DNA of 64,000 bases from a virus (IMGVR_UViG_3300044295_000306); one strand, 5' to 3'; shown: positions 20,843 to 29,474, numbered from the stretch's first letter. Numbers and translations: made by a program. Notes: generated by a model not told the origin, from the letters alone.

Positions 20843-21928
20843 TTAACTTGTTTTCATCAAAAGACCAGTAATACTCGCATTGAAAAACGTATATGTATCA
20901 CCTTGCAAATTAACAGTATCACCACTATTACCCATATTAGGACTACAATAATAAACAGGAACTATACCTGTTACAAATTGTGTTGGATATCCATGTTTGC
21001 TAACATTAAAATAAACTGGTTCAATATTATAAACGCCAGCACCTGTTACTGATAAAGAATTAGTGTGTAATAATGTTGCCATACCCATTGCTAAATGACC
21101 ATTATTAACAAGAGGTTGACCAGTAGTATAGGTTGAACATTCCGTTACATCATATGTTCCGTAATTTATTCCAGTATTAGGATTTGTAATATTGAATACT
21201 AACCATGTTCCTGTATTACTATCAGCTGGATTAGTTTGAGGTGAAATTCTAGATGCTGTCATACTTCCCGTATTTGCAGTATAGGCAGCTAAACCTGTTG
21301 TTTGACCTACTTGAATATATGGTCCTATATTTTGTGCAGTATGTAAATCAGTTTGTGATGTTTCCCAAACTCCTTGAAATCCTGTTGCTTCTTGTATAAT
21401 AGTTATATGTTGTTGATTAGCTATAACGTGAAAAACACTACTTGCTTTTGCTAATAATCCATATGGATGATTTGATGCACCAGTTGTATTTGTTTGCGGT
21501 CTATAACCTTCATTAGTAAGAACACCTGTTGAGTTTGCTGATTGTGCGCCCGTTAATGCAAATAAAGTATTTGCTGGTGCACCAGCAGTTGAATTCACTG
21601 TTGTCGGTGCTGTATATACTTGTGTTAACGCACAATACTTTAATATACTAGAATTTGCTAAAGTCGGAGCACTAAAACATAAATTGGATACATTATTGTT
21701 TACCATTGTACCAGGATTTGTGGCTGAAATGGTTGGTCTATCGTTAGCATTTGTACTGCCTACATAAGTCCATCCAGCAGGCGTTGCGTCTATTATATAC
21801 GAAGATGATGTACTAAATGCTAATAAATTAGCGGTAGAGGGCGATGTTGATGTTATTAAACGACCAATATCTCGCATTGCGTTTATTGCATAAATTGGTG
21901 TACTTCCTGTAACTAATTTAGCATACAT
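20843..21928 (-). CDS. Putative virion structural protein, paralog B of tandem pair
   Basis: Shares MYAKLV, AMRDIGRLITS, DATPAGWTYVGSTNAND, GFQGVWETSQTDLHT, GYPTQFVTGI with paralog A. Confidence 0.75.
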   Translation of the reverse strand: MYAKLVTGSTPIYAINAMRDIGRLITSTSPSTANLLAFSTSSSYIIDATPAGWTYVGSTNANDRPTISATNPGTMVNNNVSNLCFSAPTLANSSILKYCALTQVYTAPTTVNSTAGAPANTLFALTGAQSANSTGVLTNEGYRPQTNTTGASNHPYGLLAKASSVFHVIANQQHITIIQEATGFQGVWETSQTDLHTAQNIGPYIQVGQTTGLAAYTANTGSMTASRISPQTNPADSNTGTWLVFNITNPNTGINYGTYDVTECSTYTTGQPLVNNGHLAMGMATLLHTNSLSVTGAGVYNIEPVYFNVSKHGYPTQFVTGIVPVYYCSPNMGNSGDTVNLQGDTYTFFNASITGLLMKTS

Positions 21929-22146
21929 TATATATTCCCATTATAAAATACTTGAATTCTTTCATCTAAATCATCAATCGGATTTCCATTAATAACAAAA
22001 TAAATTACATCTCTTACTTTTAAAGTATTAAATCCAGTACCGTTAGAATGAAGAATTCCTTCAAGTTCTTGAAAAGATCCTTCAAACTTATAAACAGGTA
22101 CTGTACCTTCATGTGAAAGATAATTGATTATTTCTGAATCTGTCAT
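21928..22146 (-). CDS. Small acidic hypothetical protein (possible chaperone)
   Basis: ORF track; stop/start coupling with neighbours. Confidence 0.65.
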   Translation of the reverse strand: MTDSEIINYLSHEGTVPVYKFEGSFQELEGILHSNGTGFNTLKVRDVIYFVINGNPIDDLDERIQVFYNGNI

Positions 22147-22148
22147 TT

Positions 22149-22613
22149 TTAACTCGCGTAATAATTAAGTGTTATTGATAAACCTTGTGCATTAGGATCA
22201 CCCGTTGTTAGATCAAAATATACATATGATCCTGCAGCAACAGATAGTGATGTTGCTGTTGATTGTGTAGTATTACTTTTTGTTATTGTATAAGTTCCTA
22301 ATGATGTTGCGTTTGCATATGTGTTAGCACTCGATTTTACTGTTATATTTATATTGGCGGTTCTATTTTTTGATATCGATAAAGTTAATCCAACACTTGT
22401 TATTAGCGTTTGTGTCGGAAAATATGTTCCAGTACCTAGTCCTAAATTATTTGCTGCTCTAACAACAGTAGTTGATGACTGAGAAAATACTTTAGATTGT
22501 AATTTGGTACCAGCAATCAATGAAATAGAATTTGCTGATGCAACATCATCCGCTGAAGTCCATACTTTACCTAATGTTGAATCTACTAATAATCCTCTTG
22601 TCCTTCTAGCCAT
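22149..22613 (-). CDS. Hypothetical virion/fibre-associated beta protein
   Basis: T/S-rich, within late structural cluster. Confidence 0.65.
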   Translation of the reverse strand: MARRTRGLLVDSTLGKVWTSADDVASANSISLIAGTKLQSKVFSQSSTTVVRAANNLGLGTGTYFPTQTLITSVGLTLSISKNRTANINITVKSSANTYANATSLGTYTITKSNTTQSTATSLSVAAGSYVYFDLTTGDPNAQGLSITLNYYAS

Positions 22614-22614
22614 T

Positions 22615-23118
22615 TTATACCTCCATAGTCGTCACGATAGCTTTCCATGATACATTCTTGCTATTTGCACCTTGTACATAGATATTTAATGATTTGTTTG
22701 TATTATCAGCTCTCGTATCTACTAACCATGTTGAATCTGTTCTAACTACAATATTTTCATATAATGAACCTTTATCAGCAACGGTTCCAGAACTATTTGC
22801 AACAACACCTTTAATCTGAAATGCAGCAAAATCTCCAAAAGTATTACTTTTTGCAGTAAAATCAACAGTATAGTGATTTCCTGTATTTGATGTTACCGAT
22901 ATTCTACTATTTGCAACCCCATTAATAAATATTTCCGTTTCTGTATTACTTGTTGTGTATCCAGTTAAAGTATATTGATTAGTATATTGTGATGATGAAC
23001 CTACAGTTGAGGTATAACTCGTATAAGTTGTCCAAGAAGTACCGTTCCAAGTATATGTGGTATTACCAGAACTATAAGTTTGATTTAATATTGGTGAATT
23101 GGGAAAATTAATTGCCAT
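22615..23118 (-). CDS. Putative fibre/virion structural protein
   Basis: MAINFPNSP..QTY...YTWNGTSW N-terminal motif typical of T4-like accessory fibre proteins. Confidence 0.7.
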   Translation of the reverse strand: MAINFPNSPILNQTYSSGNTTYTWNGTSWTTYTSYTSTVGSSSQYTNQYTLTGYTTSNTETEIFINGVANSRISVTSNTGNHYTVDFTAKSNTFGDFAAFQIKGVVANSSGTVADKGSLYENIVVRTDSTWLVDTRADNTNKSLNIYVQGANSKNVSWKAIVTTMEV

Positions 23119-23126
23119 ATTCTATC

Positions 23127-23846
23127 CTATGACATTATTGTAGCAAAAGCAAGAGCATCACTACTAATACCACTTAAAGTATTAGCACCGGTTCCACCAC
23201 TAGCAACTGGCAACACACCGGTTGTAATCAAACTAGCATTTATTGTTGGTGCAGGAACAGCATCAACCCATTGTGAACTATCACCATCATTATAATAAAT
23301 CTTTAAAACACCTGTATTACTCTGCCACCATAAACTATTAGCCGTTGGAGAACCAGGAGGACTATCACTAACCGAAACACTTGCTCCACCACCACCAGAT
23401 GTTGTTATAGTCACATTACTAATAGCAGTTATTCTACCATTAGCTGCAACAGTAACAACAGGAACTATAGTTGCATTACCATAAGTTCCAGCAGAAACAG
23501 AAACATTAGTAACATCAGTATTTGCTTGATTGTAGGCTGCCGTTAATGTCGGCACAATATCTGTAGTACCAACAACAACATTACCTGATACTGTAAGTGT
23601 TTTTGTTGTCTTATTATATGTAAAATTAGAGTTGGATCCAAATGATCCAGAATCATTAAACTGAACTTCTGTTGTCAAACCAGCAGGTTGTGTTGTTCTA
23701 ATTGAGCCTAATGAATTGCTTGATGTTTTATAATAAATTATACCATCAGCATAATTTATAGCTAATTCACCATTAGCTATAACTCCAAGAGAAGGTGTGC
23801 TAGTTGTAGTTCCAGAAGAACGTAAAACAATTGTTGTGTTTGCCAT
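23127..23846 (-). CDS. Tail-fibre-like protein with Mtd-N-like N-terminal domain
   Basis: IVLRSSGTTTSTPS..NGELAINYADG..YYK N-terminus; AGTYGNA..VPVVTVAANGRIT repeat. Confidence 0.7.
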   Translation of the reverse strand: MANTTIVLRSSGTTTSTPSLGVIANGELAINYADGIIYYKTSSNSLGSIRTTQPAGLTTEVQFNDSGSFGSNSNFTYNKTTKTLTVSGNVVVGTTDIVPTLTAAYNQANTDVTNVSVSAGTYGNATIVPVVTVAANGRITAISNVTITTSGGGGASVSVSDSPPGSPTANSLWWQSNTGVLKIYYNDGDSSQWVDAVPAPTINASLITTGVLPVASGGTGANTLSGISSDALAFATIMS

Positions 23847-24274
23847 TAAAATGTTCCGCCGTTAGACTCTATTTTATTTTCTTCCGATAGAATCTTCACA
23901 ACGTCATTATTTGGTGTTGGTTTTTTTCTTGATTGCTTCTTATTTAACTGTTCTTTTAAATCAGCATTTTCACGCGACAATTCATTTACAGAATTCTGGA
24001 GACGATATTTTTCAGCATCACTAGAATGAAATTTACTAATCTGCTCATCCTTTGATCTAATCTGCTCATCCCTCGTTCTAATCTCAGCCTCTAAAATACC
24101 AATACTTGTTGAAGAATTTTCTAATTCCTTAATTCTTTTTTCGTACTCAGGAATTACTTTTATTTTTTCCTCAAGAATTTTTATATTAGTTTGAAATAAA
24201 AGATTCTGTTTTAGTACCGATACAAAGTTATCAAATAATACTTCATTGTATGAATTTAAAAATTGCACGTCCAT
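23846..24274 (-). CDS. Coiled-coil protein (possible fibre chaperone)
   Basis: Long heptad region; between two fibre genes. Confidence 0.65.
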   Translation of the reverse strand: MDVQFLNSYNEVLFDNFVSVLKQNLLFQTNIKILEEKIKVIPEYEKRIKELENSSTSIGILEAEIRTRDEQIRSKDEQISKFHSSDAEKYRLQNSVNELSRENADLKEQLNKKQSRKKPTPNNDVVKILSEENKIESNGGTF

Positions 24275-24292
24275 TATATATTCCTTTCATAA

Positions 24293-25900
24293 TTAAAAAC
24301 TTCCGCCATTCAAGAAACCAAATGTAGGTATTCCAGATGAACTAATTTGTAATACATGACCTTCTGTCGATGATGCAACAGATAATAAAGCACTTGTTGA
24401 TGTTAATCCACCATAGATAACACCATTTGCGGTAAATGATGATGCTCCTGTACCACCTCTTGATACACCTAAAGTACCTGAACTAATAGCAGATGCATCA
24501 ATAGAAACAGCGGTATTGCTTACACTTGAAATTCTTCCATAAGCATCAGTTGTAATTACTGGAATATAACTTGCTGAACCATAACTTCCAGCACTACCAG
24601 TATTAGCTAATGATGTAATCGATGTTCCATTAAACTGAAGCATAGCTCCAGTTGTATAGCTTGTTTGATTTGTACCACCGCGAGCGATTGGCAATGTACC
24701 TGAAGTAATAGCAGAAGCATCAACAGCAATAGCTGTATTTGTAACTCCAGAAACACGACCATAAGCATCCGTCGTTACAACCGGTACATAAGCAGCATTA
24801 CCATAAGTTCCTGCTGTGCCTGTATTAGCTAATGATTTTAATGCACCTGTTCCATTTCCAACAAGAATTCTACCTGAGCTAAATGTTGCTGCTCCAGTAC
24901 CACCATCTGCAACCGCAATAGGATTCAATAAACCTGAAACATTAGCACTTGTAATATTAGCAACAAGAGTACCAACCATAAAGCTTGGATCTGTTGTATC
25001 AATAATATTGGTTGTATTAGGTTCTGGTGTATATTGTGTAAATGCATAAAATGTATTAGAACCGTGTTTTCTGAAAATACCAGCATGTCTTTGTGTTGCA
25101 CCATCATAATAATTACCAGCAAAACCTATATCAACTAAATCTGAGGAATAATTATTCTCACCTAGATAAATTAATGGATCATTAACTTGAAGTGTTGATA
25201 CATTAATAAGAGTTGTATTACCAGTAAGTGTTAAATTACCTGTAATGCCAAGATCACCAGTAATTGTTTGATTACCTGTTGTACGGATAACTGTATTATC
25301 AACATCAAGAACAAAAGTATTGTTTGCATCATATACTGTTGATGTAATACCTGAACCACCTTTAACAGTTAATGTGTCTGTTGCTAATGAAAGAGAACCA
25401 CTAACTGTTGAGTTGGCAAAATTCAATGTTGTTGAAATTGCAACATTGGATGCTGAAGTGATTCTACCTTTTGCATCTACAGCAAATGTAGGTACTTGTG
25501 TTGCACCACCATATGTTCCTGCCGATACACCAGAATTTGAAAGAGTTAATGGAATATTAGCATCAGCAGAACCATCAACGGAAACGGTACCGGTTGCATC
25601 ACCAGAAACACCTATTGTTCGTGCTGTTGTCCATTGATTAGCATTATTAGCGATACCAAACAATCTTCCATAAAATGCACCATTTACATCACGTTTTACT
25701 ATTGTTGTTGCTGTATTAGAATTTGTGGCAGCATCAACAATGTCTGTATAGTATTTTCCACCAATAGCTATTACTTGGTTATCTGATAAACCAATATATA
25801 ATTTGTTTGAATTATTAGAATATGCTGGTTCAGCAACATTGAGGGAAGGTGGTATAGATGTTGTTTCTGACCATTTTAATTGAATTACTGTATTAGCCAT
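24293..25900 (-). CDS. Tail-fibre-like protein with internal GTYG..VP...D..GR repeats
   Basis: Mtd-N-like start (IQLKWS..PPSLNVAEPAYS) and three repeats of (A)GT/SYG.A..VP..T.DA.GR. Confidence 0.75.
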   Translation of the reverse strand: MANTVIQLKWSETTSIPPSLNVAEPAYSNNSNKLYIGLSDNQVIAIGGKYYTDIVDAATNSNTATTIVKRDVNGAFYGRLFGIANNANQWTTARTIGVSGDATGTVSVDGSADANIPLTLSNSGVSAGTYGGATQVPTFAVDAKGRITSASNVAISTTLNFANSTVSGSLSLATDTLTVKGGSGITSTVYDANNTFVLDVDNTVIRTTGNQTITGDLGITGNLTLTGNTTLINVSTLQVNDPLIYLGENNYSSDLVDIGFAGNYYDGATQRHAGIFRKHGSNTFYAFTQYTPEPNTTNIIDTTDPSFMVGTLVANITSANVSGLLNPIAVADGGTGAATFSSGRILVGNGTGALKSLANTGTAGTYGNAAYVPVVTTDAYGRVSGVTNTAIAVDASAITSGTLPIARGGTNQTSYTTGAMLQFNGTSITSLANTGSAGSYGSASYIPVITTDAYGRISSVSNTAVSIDASAISSGTLGVSRGGTGASSFTANGVIYGGLTSTSALLSVASSTEGHVLQISSSGIPTFGFLNGGSF

Positions 25901-25909
25901 TATTTTTCC

Positions 25910-26152
25910 TTAGAATGAGCCGCCATTTACATTATCAACTGTAACAAGACCTTGTCCGGATCTTGGTTGAAATTTTCCGGTTCCTGCATCGTACATTAAT
26001 ATATCATGATCATTTGGTGTACCTATAGTCACATCACTTAATTCTGTAAGCGAAACAATAGGTTTTGCAACAGTCGATACCGTTGCTTTAATACCACCTG
26101 ATTGTTTGAGAGAAACAGTTTGAGAAGTGTTTGTATTAACTACCACATTCAT
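25910..26152 (-). CDS. Small virion structural protein
   Basis: LTELSDVTIGTPNDHDILMYD repeat-like motif and GGSF C-terminus shared with neighbouring fibre genes. Confidence 0.65.
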   Translation of the reverse strand: MNVVVNTNTSQTVSLKQSGGIKATVSTVAKPIVSLTELSDVTIGTPNDHDILMYDAGTGKFQPRSGQGLVTVDNVNGGSF

Positions 26153-26484
26153 TATTTTGTAACTCCTGGTGTAACTGTTACAATACCTTCTACAACTCTT
26201 GTTACCACATTATTTGCATCTGTTGTTGTTAAATCAAAAACATATCTACCCGGACGTAAATTAGAAGTGTTAGCTGCTGTCATGGACAAAGTTATTACTC
26301 CATCATAAGCATCTGTGATTGCCGCATCTAGATCATATGCTGTGGTAGAATAATATGATTTTCTTATCTGTGAATTAGCATAATGATTTGCTAAATTAAC
26401 GGTTGATCCATCGGCACCATTAACATTCACGGTAGTATTGAATGTTGCAGCTTGTTCAAGTATTAATTCTACATAGCCAGCCAA
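26152..26484 (-). CDS. Virion structural protein (BppU-N/Ig-like; TTG start)
   Basis: ELILEQAATF, AQIRK-like QIRKSYYS, GRYVFDL, VVEGIVTVTPGVT pattern common in T4-like phages. Confidence 0.7.
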   Translation of the reverse strand: MAGYVELILEQAATFNTTVNVNGADGSTVNLANHYANSQIRKSYYSTTAYDLDAAITDAYDGVITLSMTAANTSNLRPGRYVFDLTTTDANNVVTRVVEGIVTVTPGVTK

Positions 26485-26511
26485 GATAAACTCCTATTTT
26501 CGATTATTCTC

Positions 26512-26519
26512 TATTTAGT
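26512..26519 (-). promoter_or_regulatory. Late promoter variant (A)CTAAATA upstream of the 26484 gene
   Basis: TAAATA core just downstream of a terminator. Confidence 0.5.
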
Positions 26520-26544
26520 CAAAGTATTATTTGACTTTGACAAT

Positions 26545-26572
26545 AAAAAACCCTCGACAGGCGAGGGTTTTT
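26545..26572 (-). terminator. Rho-independent terminator after the small membrane gene
   Basis: AAAAACCCTCG-CCTGT-CGAGGGTTTTTT on the minus strand. Confidence 0.85.
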
Positions 26573-26587
26573 AAGAAAAAAAAGATA

Positions 26588-26770
26588 TTATTTTGCGTTT
26601 AATGGTTGAGTTGTGACTATTCTAAGAATTGCGACGACAATTGAAATAACAAGCATTACTAGACCGGTATTTTGTTGTCCAACAAATTGGGTAATAACTG
26701 CTTGTGATTGTTCTAAAATACCAGCTACGGCTAGAAAAATTGCGAACCAGATTGTTTTAGATTTAAACAT
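26588..26770 (-). CDS. Small two-TM membrane protein, holin-like candidate
   Basis: 60 aa, basic N-terminus, two hydrophobic segments (IWFAIFLAVAGIL; LVMLVISIVVAIL), basic C-terminus. Confidence 0.55.
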   Translation of the reverse strand: MFKSKTIWFAIFLAVAGILEQSQAVITQFVGQQNTGLVMLVISIVVAILRIVTTQPLNAK

Positions 26771-26781
26771 TTGTTATTCCT

Positions 26782-27012
26782 TTATTTAGGATATTTGTCT
26801 TTTACTGCTTGTATCTTAGCTGCCATATCAGCAGGAAACATTCCAGCATGAAATAAAGCATCTAATTGATCACCAATACTTGGATACATAATTCGTCTTG
26901 CCATTGAGAGAGGTACAAGATATTCATCTTTCCATTTTGGATCATCATTCTTGATCCATTCATCTGGAAAATCATGAGAATTATTATTAATATCAAACCA
27001 TCTTTGTGTCAT
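26782..27012 (-). CDS. Fibre-tip chaperone-like protein 1 (YPSIGDQLD...VKDKYPK type); likely start MTQRWF at 27012
   Basis: C-terminal motif shared with 27572-27814 and 28501-28752; start overlaps upstream stop. Confidence 0.7.
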   Translation of the reverse strand: MTQRWFDINNNSHDFPDEWIKNDDPKWKDEYLVPLSMARRIMYPSIGDQLDALFHAGMFPADMAAKIQAVKDKYPK

Positions 27013-27554
27013 TATGCAATCTCCTGTGCCCAAAATTGATAGGATTGGCTGCTGCCGCCCCGCACTGTCCAAGTTGATCCACCTGTAGTTGCTATACGCG
27101 CTTTGAAAGTGTGCGAACCAGCCGACAACACAGAAGTCATTGCCGTAAGCGTAATTCCATTATCGCTTCCACCAAAAGTAGAACCTGTGAAATAAACTCC
27201 CGTTGTGCCAAGCAAATTTGTGCCATCTACCGTAAGGTTGAAATATGCTTGACTAGCATTACCAATAACACTTGCCGTAAAACCAATCAGCACACGTCGC
27301 GCCTGAGTGGTAAGCGTAATACTTGCCCCAGTAATATCTTGAATTGCTCCACTGTAGCTGGCATCGCCTGTTGTGTAATTTACCACGCCAGATGCAGTCA
27401 AGGCATTGGTAAGTGTTAAAATTTGTCCTGTGCTGATTGAGAGTGCTGTATTGCCGTTGGTCTGTAAAGTGAGAATACCAGAATTATCTGCTGAATATTT
27501 TAAACCAGCACTACCAGAACTTACACCATTATCGGCATTAATTGTTGTTGCCAT
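27012..27554 (-). CDS. Short fibre-tip/adhesin-like protein, cassette 1
   Basis: MATTINADNG..SG.L.LQTNG N-terminal module plus distinct beta-rich C-terminal domain. Confidence 0.7.
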   Translation of the reverse strand: MATTINADNGVSSGSAGLKYSADNSGILTLQTNGNTALSISTGQILTLTNALTASGVVNYTTGDASYSGAIQDITGASITLTTQARRVLIGFTASVIGNASQAYFNLTVDGTNLLGTTGVYFTGSTFGGSDNGITLTAMTSVLSAGSHTFKARIATTGGSTWTVRGGSSQSYQFWAQEIA

Positions 27555-27571
27555 TTATAAAAATCCTTTAA

Positions 27572-27814
27572 TTATGACTTTGGATATTTGTCTTTTACTG
27601 CTTGTATCTTAGCAGCCATATTGTCAGAAAAATAACCTTTGTGAAACAAATCATCTAATTGATCACCAATACTTGGATATTCTATTCTACGATTTTCGAT
27701 ATACGCAGTAGCTTGTTGTTTAGCTTCATTAGCCGCCCACTCAGCGCGAATGGCAGCTTCTTCTTCGGGGTTGCATTCAACTTCAACCCCATCGATCATT
27801 TTCTTCAATGTCAT
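27572..27814 (-). CDS. Fibre-tip chaperone-like protein 2
   Basis: EEEAAIRAEWAANEAKQQATAYIENRR...YPSIGDQLD...VKDKYPKS. Confidence 0.75.
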   Translation of the reverse strand: MTLKKMIDGVEVECNPEEEAAIRAEWAANEAKQQATAYIENRRIEYPSIGDQLDDLFHKGYFSDNMAAKIQAVKDKYPKS

Positions 27815-28488
27815 GATTTCTTAACTCCGTAGAGGGCAATAGTGCCGCTAGTGATGTTGCCAGAAGCAAATAAAAATCGAATACCATTAACTGCGTTACT
27901 ACTACCTTTGTATCTACCAGACATAGCGTTTACAAGAAGTATTGTGCTTGTGGTACGGTAGTAACCACCCAATGCAGTAATTACTTTTTTTGCAGTTGAT
28001 CCTGATGGATTAAAAATCCGCATTTCTCCGTTATACCCACCTTCTGAAGCGGTGTTACTAACACCAGACGCAGCCAGATACATCGATGTGTCTGAAGCAG
28101 TACCGGTACTTGCCGACCCTCCAGAATCATTAGTGCCGTTTGTCGCCCAAGAGTAATCTGAAGCCCCGCTTTTCCAAGTAGAGCCAGAATCTTCAGAAAC
28201 ACGGACAACAAGACCTGATGCCTCGTTTGCAGGAACCACGTTATTTAAAGTGAACAGATACTCGTCATACGTCGAGTCAATCCCCGTGGTGAAGTCGCAA
28301 GTTGCAACCGATGATGGGGTTTGGCGTTGGATCAGCACCAGTGAAGCACCTGTAGAACCTGCCAATGCATTTGCAAAAGTAACTGCTTGTGCCGAGTTAA
28401 CAGTTACGGCATTGATTCCACTAGTTTGAAGGTTTAACGAACCTGTACTAGCATTTACACCATTTGTTCCATCAAGGACTAGAGGCAT
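27811..28488 (-). CDS. Short fibre-tip/adhesin-like protein, cassette 2
   Basis: LVLIQ..T.S......FT.GI.STY..Y...L.NV.P.. NGIRF.F.SGNI.SGTI.LYGVKKS domain. Confidence 0.75.
   Translation of the reverse strand: MPLVLDGTNGVNASTGSLNLQTSGINAVTVNSAQAVTFANALAGSTGASLVLIQRQTPSSVATCDFTTGIDSTYDEYLFTLNNVVPANEASGLVVRVSEDSGSTWKSGASDYSWATNGTNDSGGSASTGTASDTSMYLAASGVSNTASEGGYNGEMRIFNPSGSTAKKVITALGGYYRTTSTILLVNAMSGRYKGSSNAVNGIRFLFASGNITSGTIALYGVKKS
28327..28369. repeat. 43-bp exact direct repeat, copy 1 (copy 2 at 29256-29298)
   Basis: TTGGATCAGCACCAGTGAAGCACCTGTAGAACCTGCCAATGCA occurs in both fibre-tip genes; encodes ALAGSTGASLVLIQ on the minus strand. Confidence 0.95.
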
Positions 28489-28500
28489 TATTATTGTTCC

Positions 28501-28752
28501 TTATGATTTTGGATACTTAGCTTTAACATCACGACAAGCTTGTATATAAGCATCAATCTGTGCTTGATCGCCTTTAACTATACCATCAATATAATCCGTA
28601 ATTGGAGGATATGACATTCTGCGATTTTCGATATATGCAGTAGCTTGTTGTTTAGCTTCATTAGCCGCCCATTCTGCACGAATTTCTGCTTCTTCTTCTG
28701 GAGTGAGATAAACTTTTATCCCATCAACCATTCTATGTAATCTGTCACTCAT
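28501..28752 (-). CDS. Fibre-tip chaperone-like protein 3
   Basis: EEEAEIRAEWAANEAKQQATAYIENRRMSYPPITDYIDG...VKAKYPKS. Confidence 0.75.
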   Translation of the reverse strand: MSDRLHRMVDGIKVYLTPEEEAEIRAEWAANEAKQQATAYIENRRMSYPPITDYIDGIVKGDQAQIDAYIQACRDVKAKYPKS

Positions 28753-29474
28753 GATTTTTTAACTCCAAAGAAAGATATTGTGCCAGAAGCAATGTTTCCA
28801 CTACCCATTAAAAATCGAACGGCATTAACTGCTGTTGTTGATGACCACAAACCAGCCATTGAACAAGAGGTATTGAGACTTGCCGCTCTCAAATAACCAC
28901 CGTTTCCACAAGCAAATTTTTGGTTTGAACCTGCAGGGTCAAAAATCTGAATAATTCCGTTGATACCACCTTCGCCAGCATTGTTTGATATTTGATCACC
29001 AAAAACAATAGCTGACGTAATTCCGCTTCCTGCGCTATAGCCAGAAACGTCTGTGCCGTTAGAGTTTTGCGCTTGATTGTTGTAAGTGTAGTTTGTGGTT
29101 TGATAATTGATTCCACCATCTGTAGAAAAACGCATGTATAAACCAGCGTTAGCATTAACTGGTTTTACATTTTGTAGAAAAAATAAGTAATGTAAATATG
29201 TTGAACTAATACCACTGGTAAAATCTAAAGTAGCACTGCCACTTGCTGTTTGAGATTGGATCAGCACCAGTGAAGCACCTGTAGAACCTGCCAATGCAGT
29301 TGTAAAAGTTGCAGCACCCGCTACAGTTATACCACCTGCAAATGTAGCATTTTGATTTGTTCCAAGAGTCAATGCAGTTGTCGTACCATTAGTCTGAAAT
29401 ACCAAATTACCTGTAGTATCAGATGATTGAACCAATCCTGTTGTTGATGTATTTCCTGATGCTATCGTACTCAT
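28749..29474 (-). CDS. Short fibre-tip/adhesin-like protein, cassette 3
   Basis: MSTIASGNTSTTGLVQSSDTTGNLVFQTNG N-module; C-domain homologous to cassette 2, ending GVKKS. Confidence 0.75.
   Translation of the reverse strand: MSTIASGNTSTTGLVQSSDTTGNLVFQTNGTTTALTLGTNQNATFAGGITVAGAATFTTALAGSTGASLVLIQSQTASGSATLDFTSGISSTYLHYLFFLQNVKPVNANAGLYMRFSTDGGINYQTTNYTYNNQAQNSNGTDVSGYSAGSGITSAIVFGDQISNNAGEGGINGIIQIFDPAGSNQKFACGNGGYLRAASLNTSCSMAGLWSSTTAVNAVRFLMGSGNIASGTISFFGVKKS
29256..29298. repeat. 43-bp exact direct repeat, copy 2
   Basis: Identical to 28327-28369. Confidence 0.95.

Noticed and set aside
27013-27072. Longer start for chaperone 1 (MDSAGRQQ...)
   Set aside because: It overlaps the upstream tip gene; ATG at 27012 coupled to that stop matches the other cassettes.
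19759-29474. Diversity-generating retroelement acting on fibre genes
   Set aside because: No reverse transcriptase in the window; repeats are either exact or differ at synonymous positions of all base types, not adenine-specific TR/VR mismatches.
26782-29474. Invertase-driven shufflon
   Set aside because: Repeats are direct, all cassettes share one orientation, and no recombinase gene is nearby.
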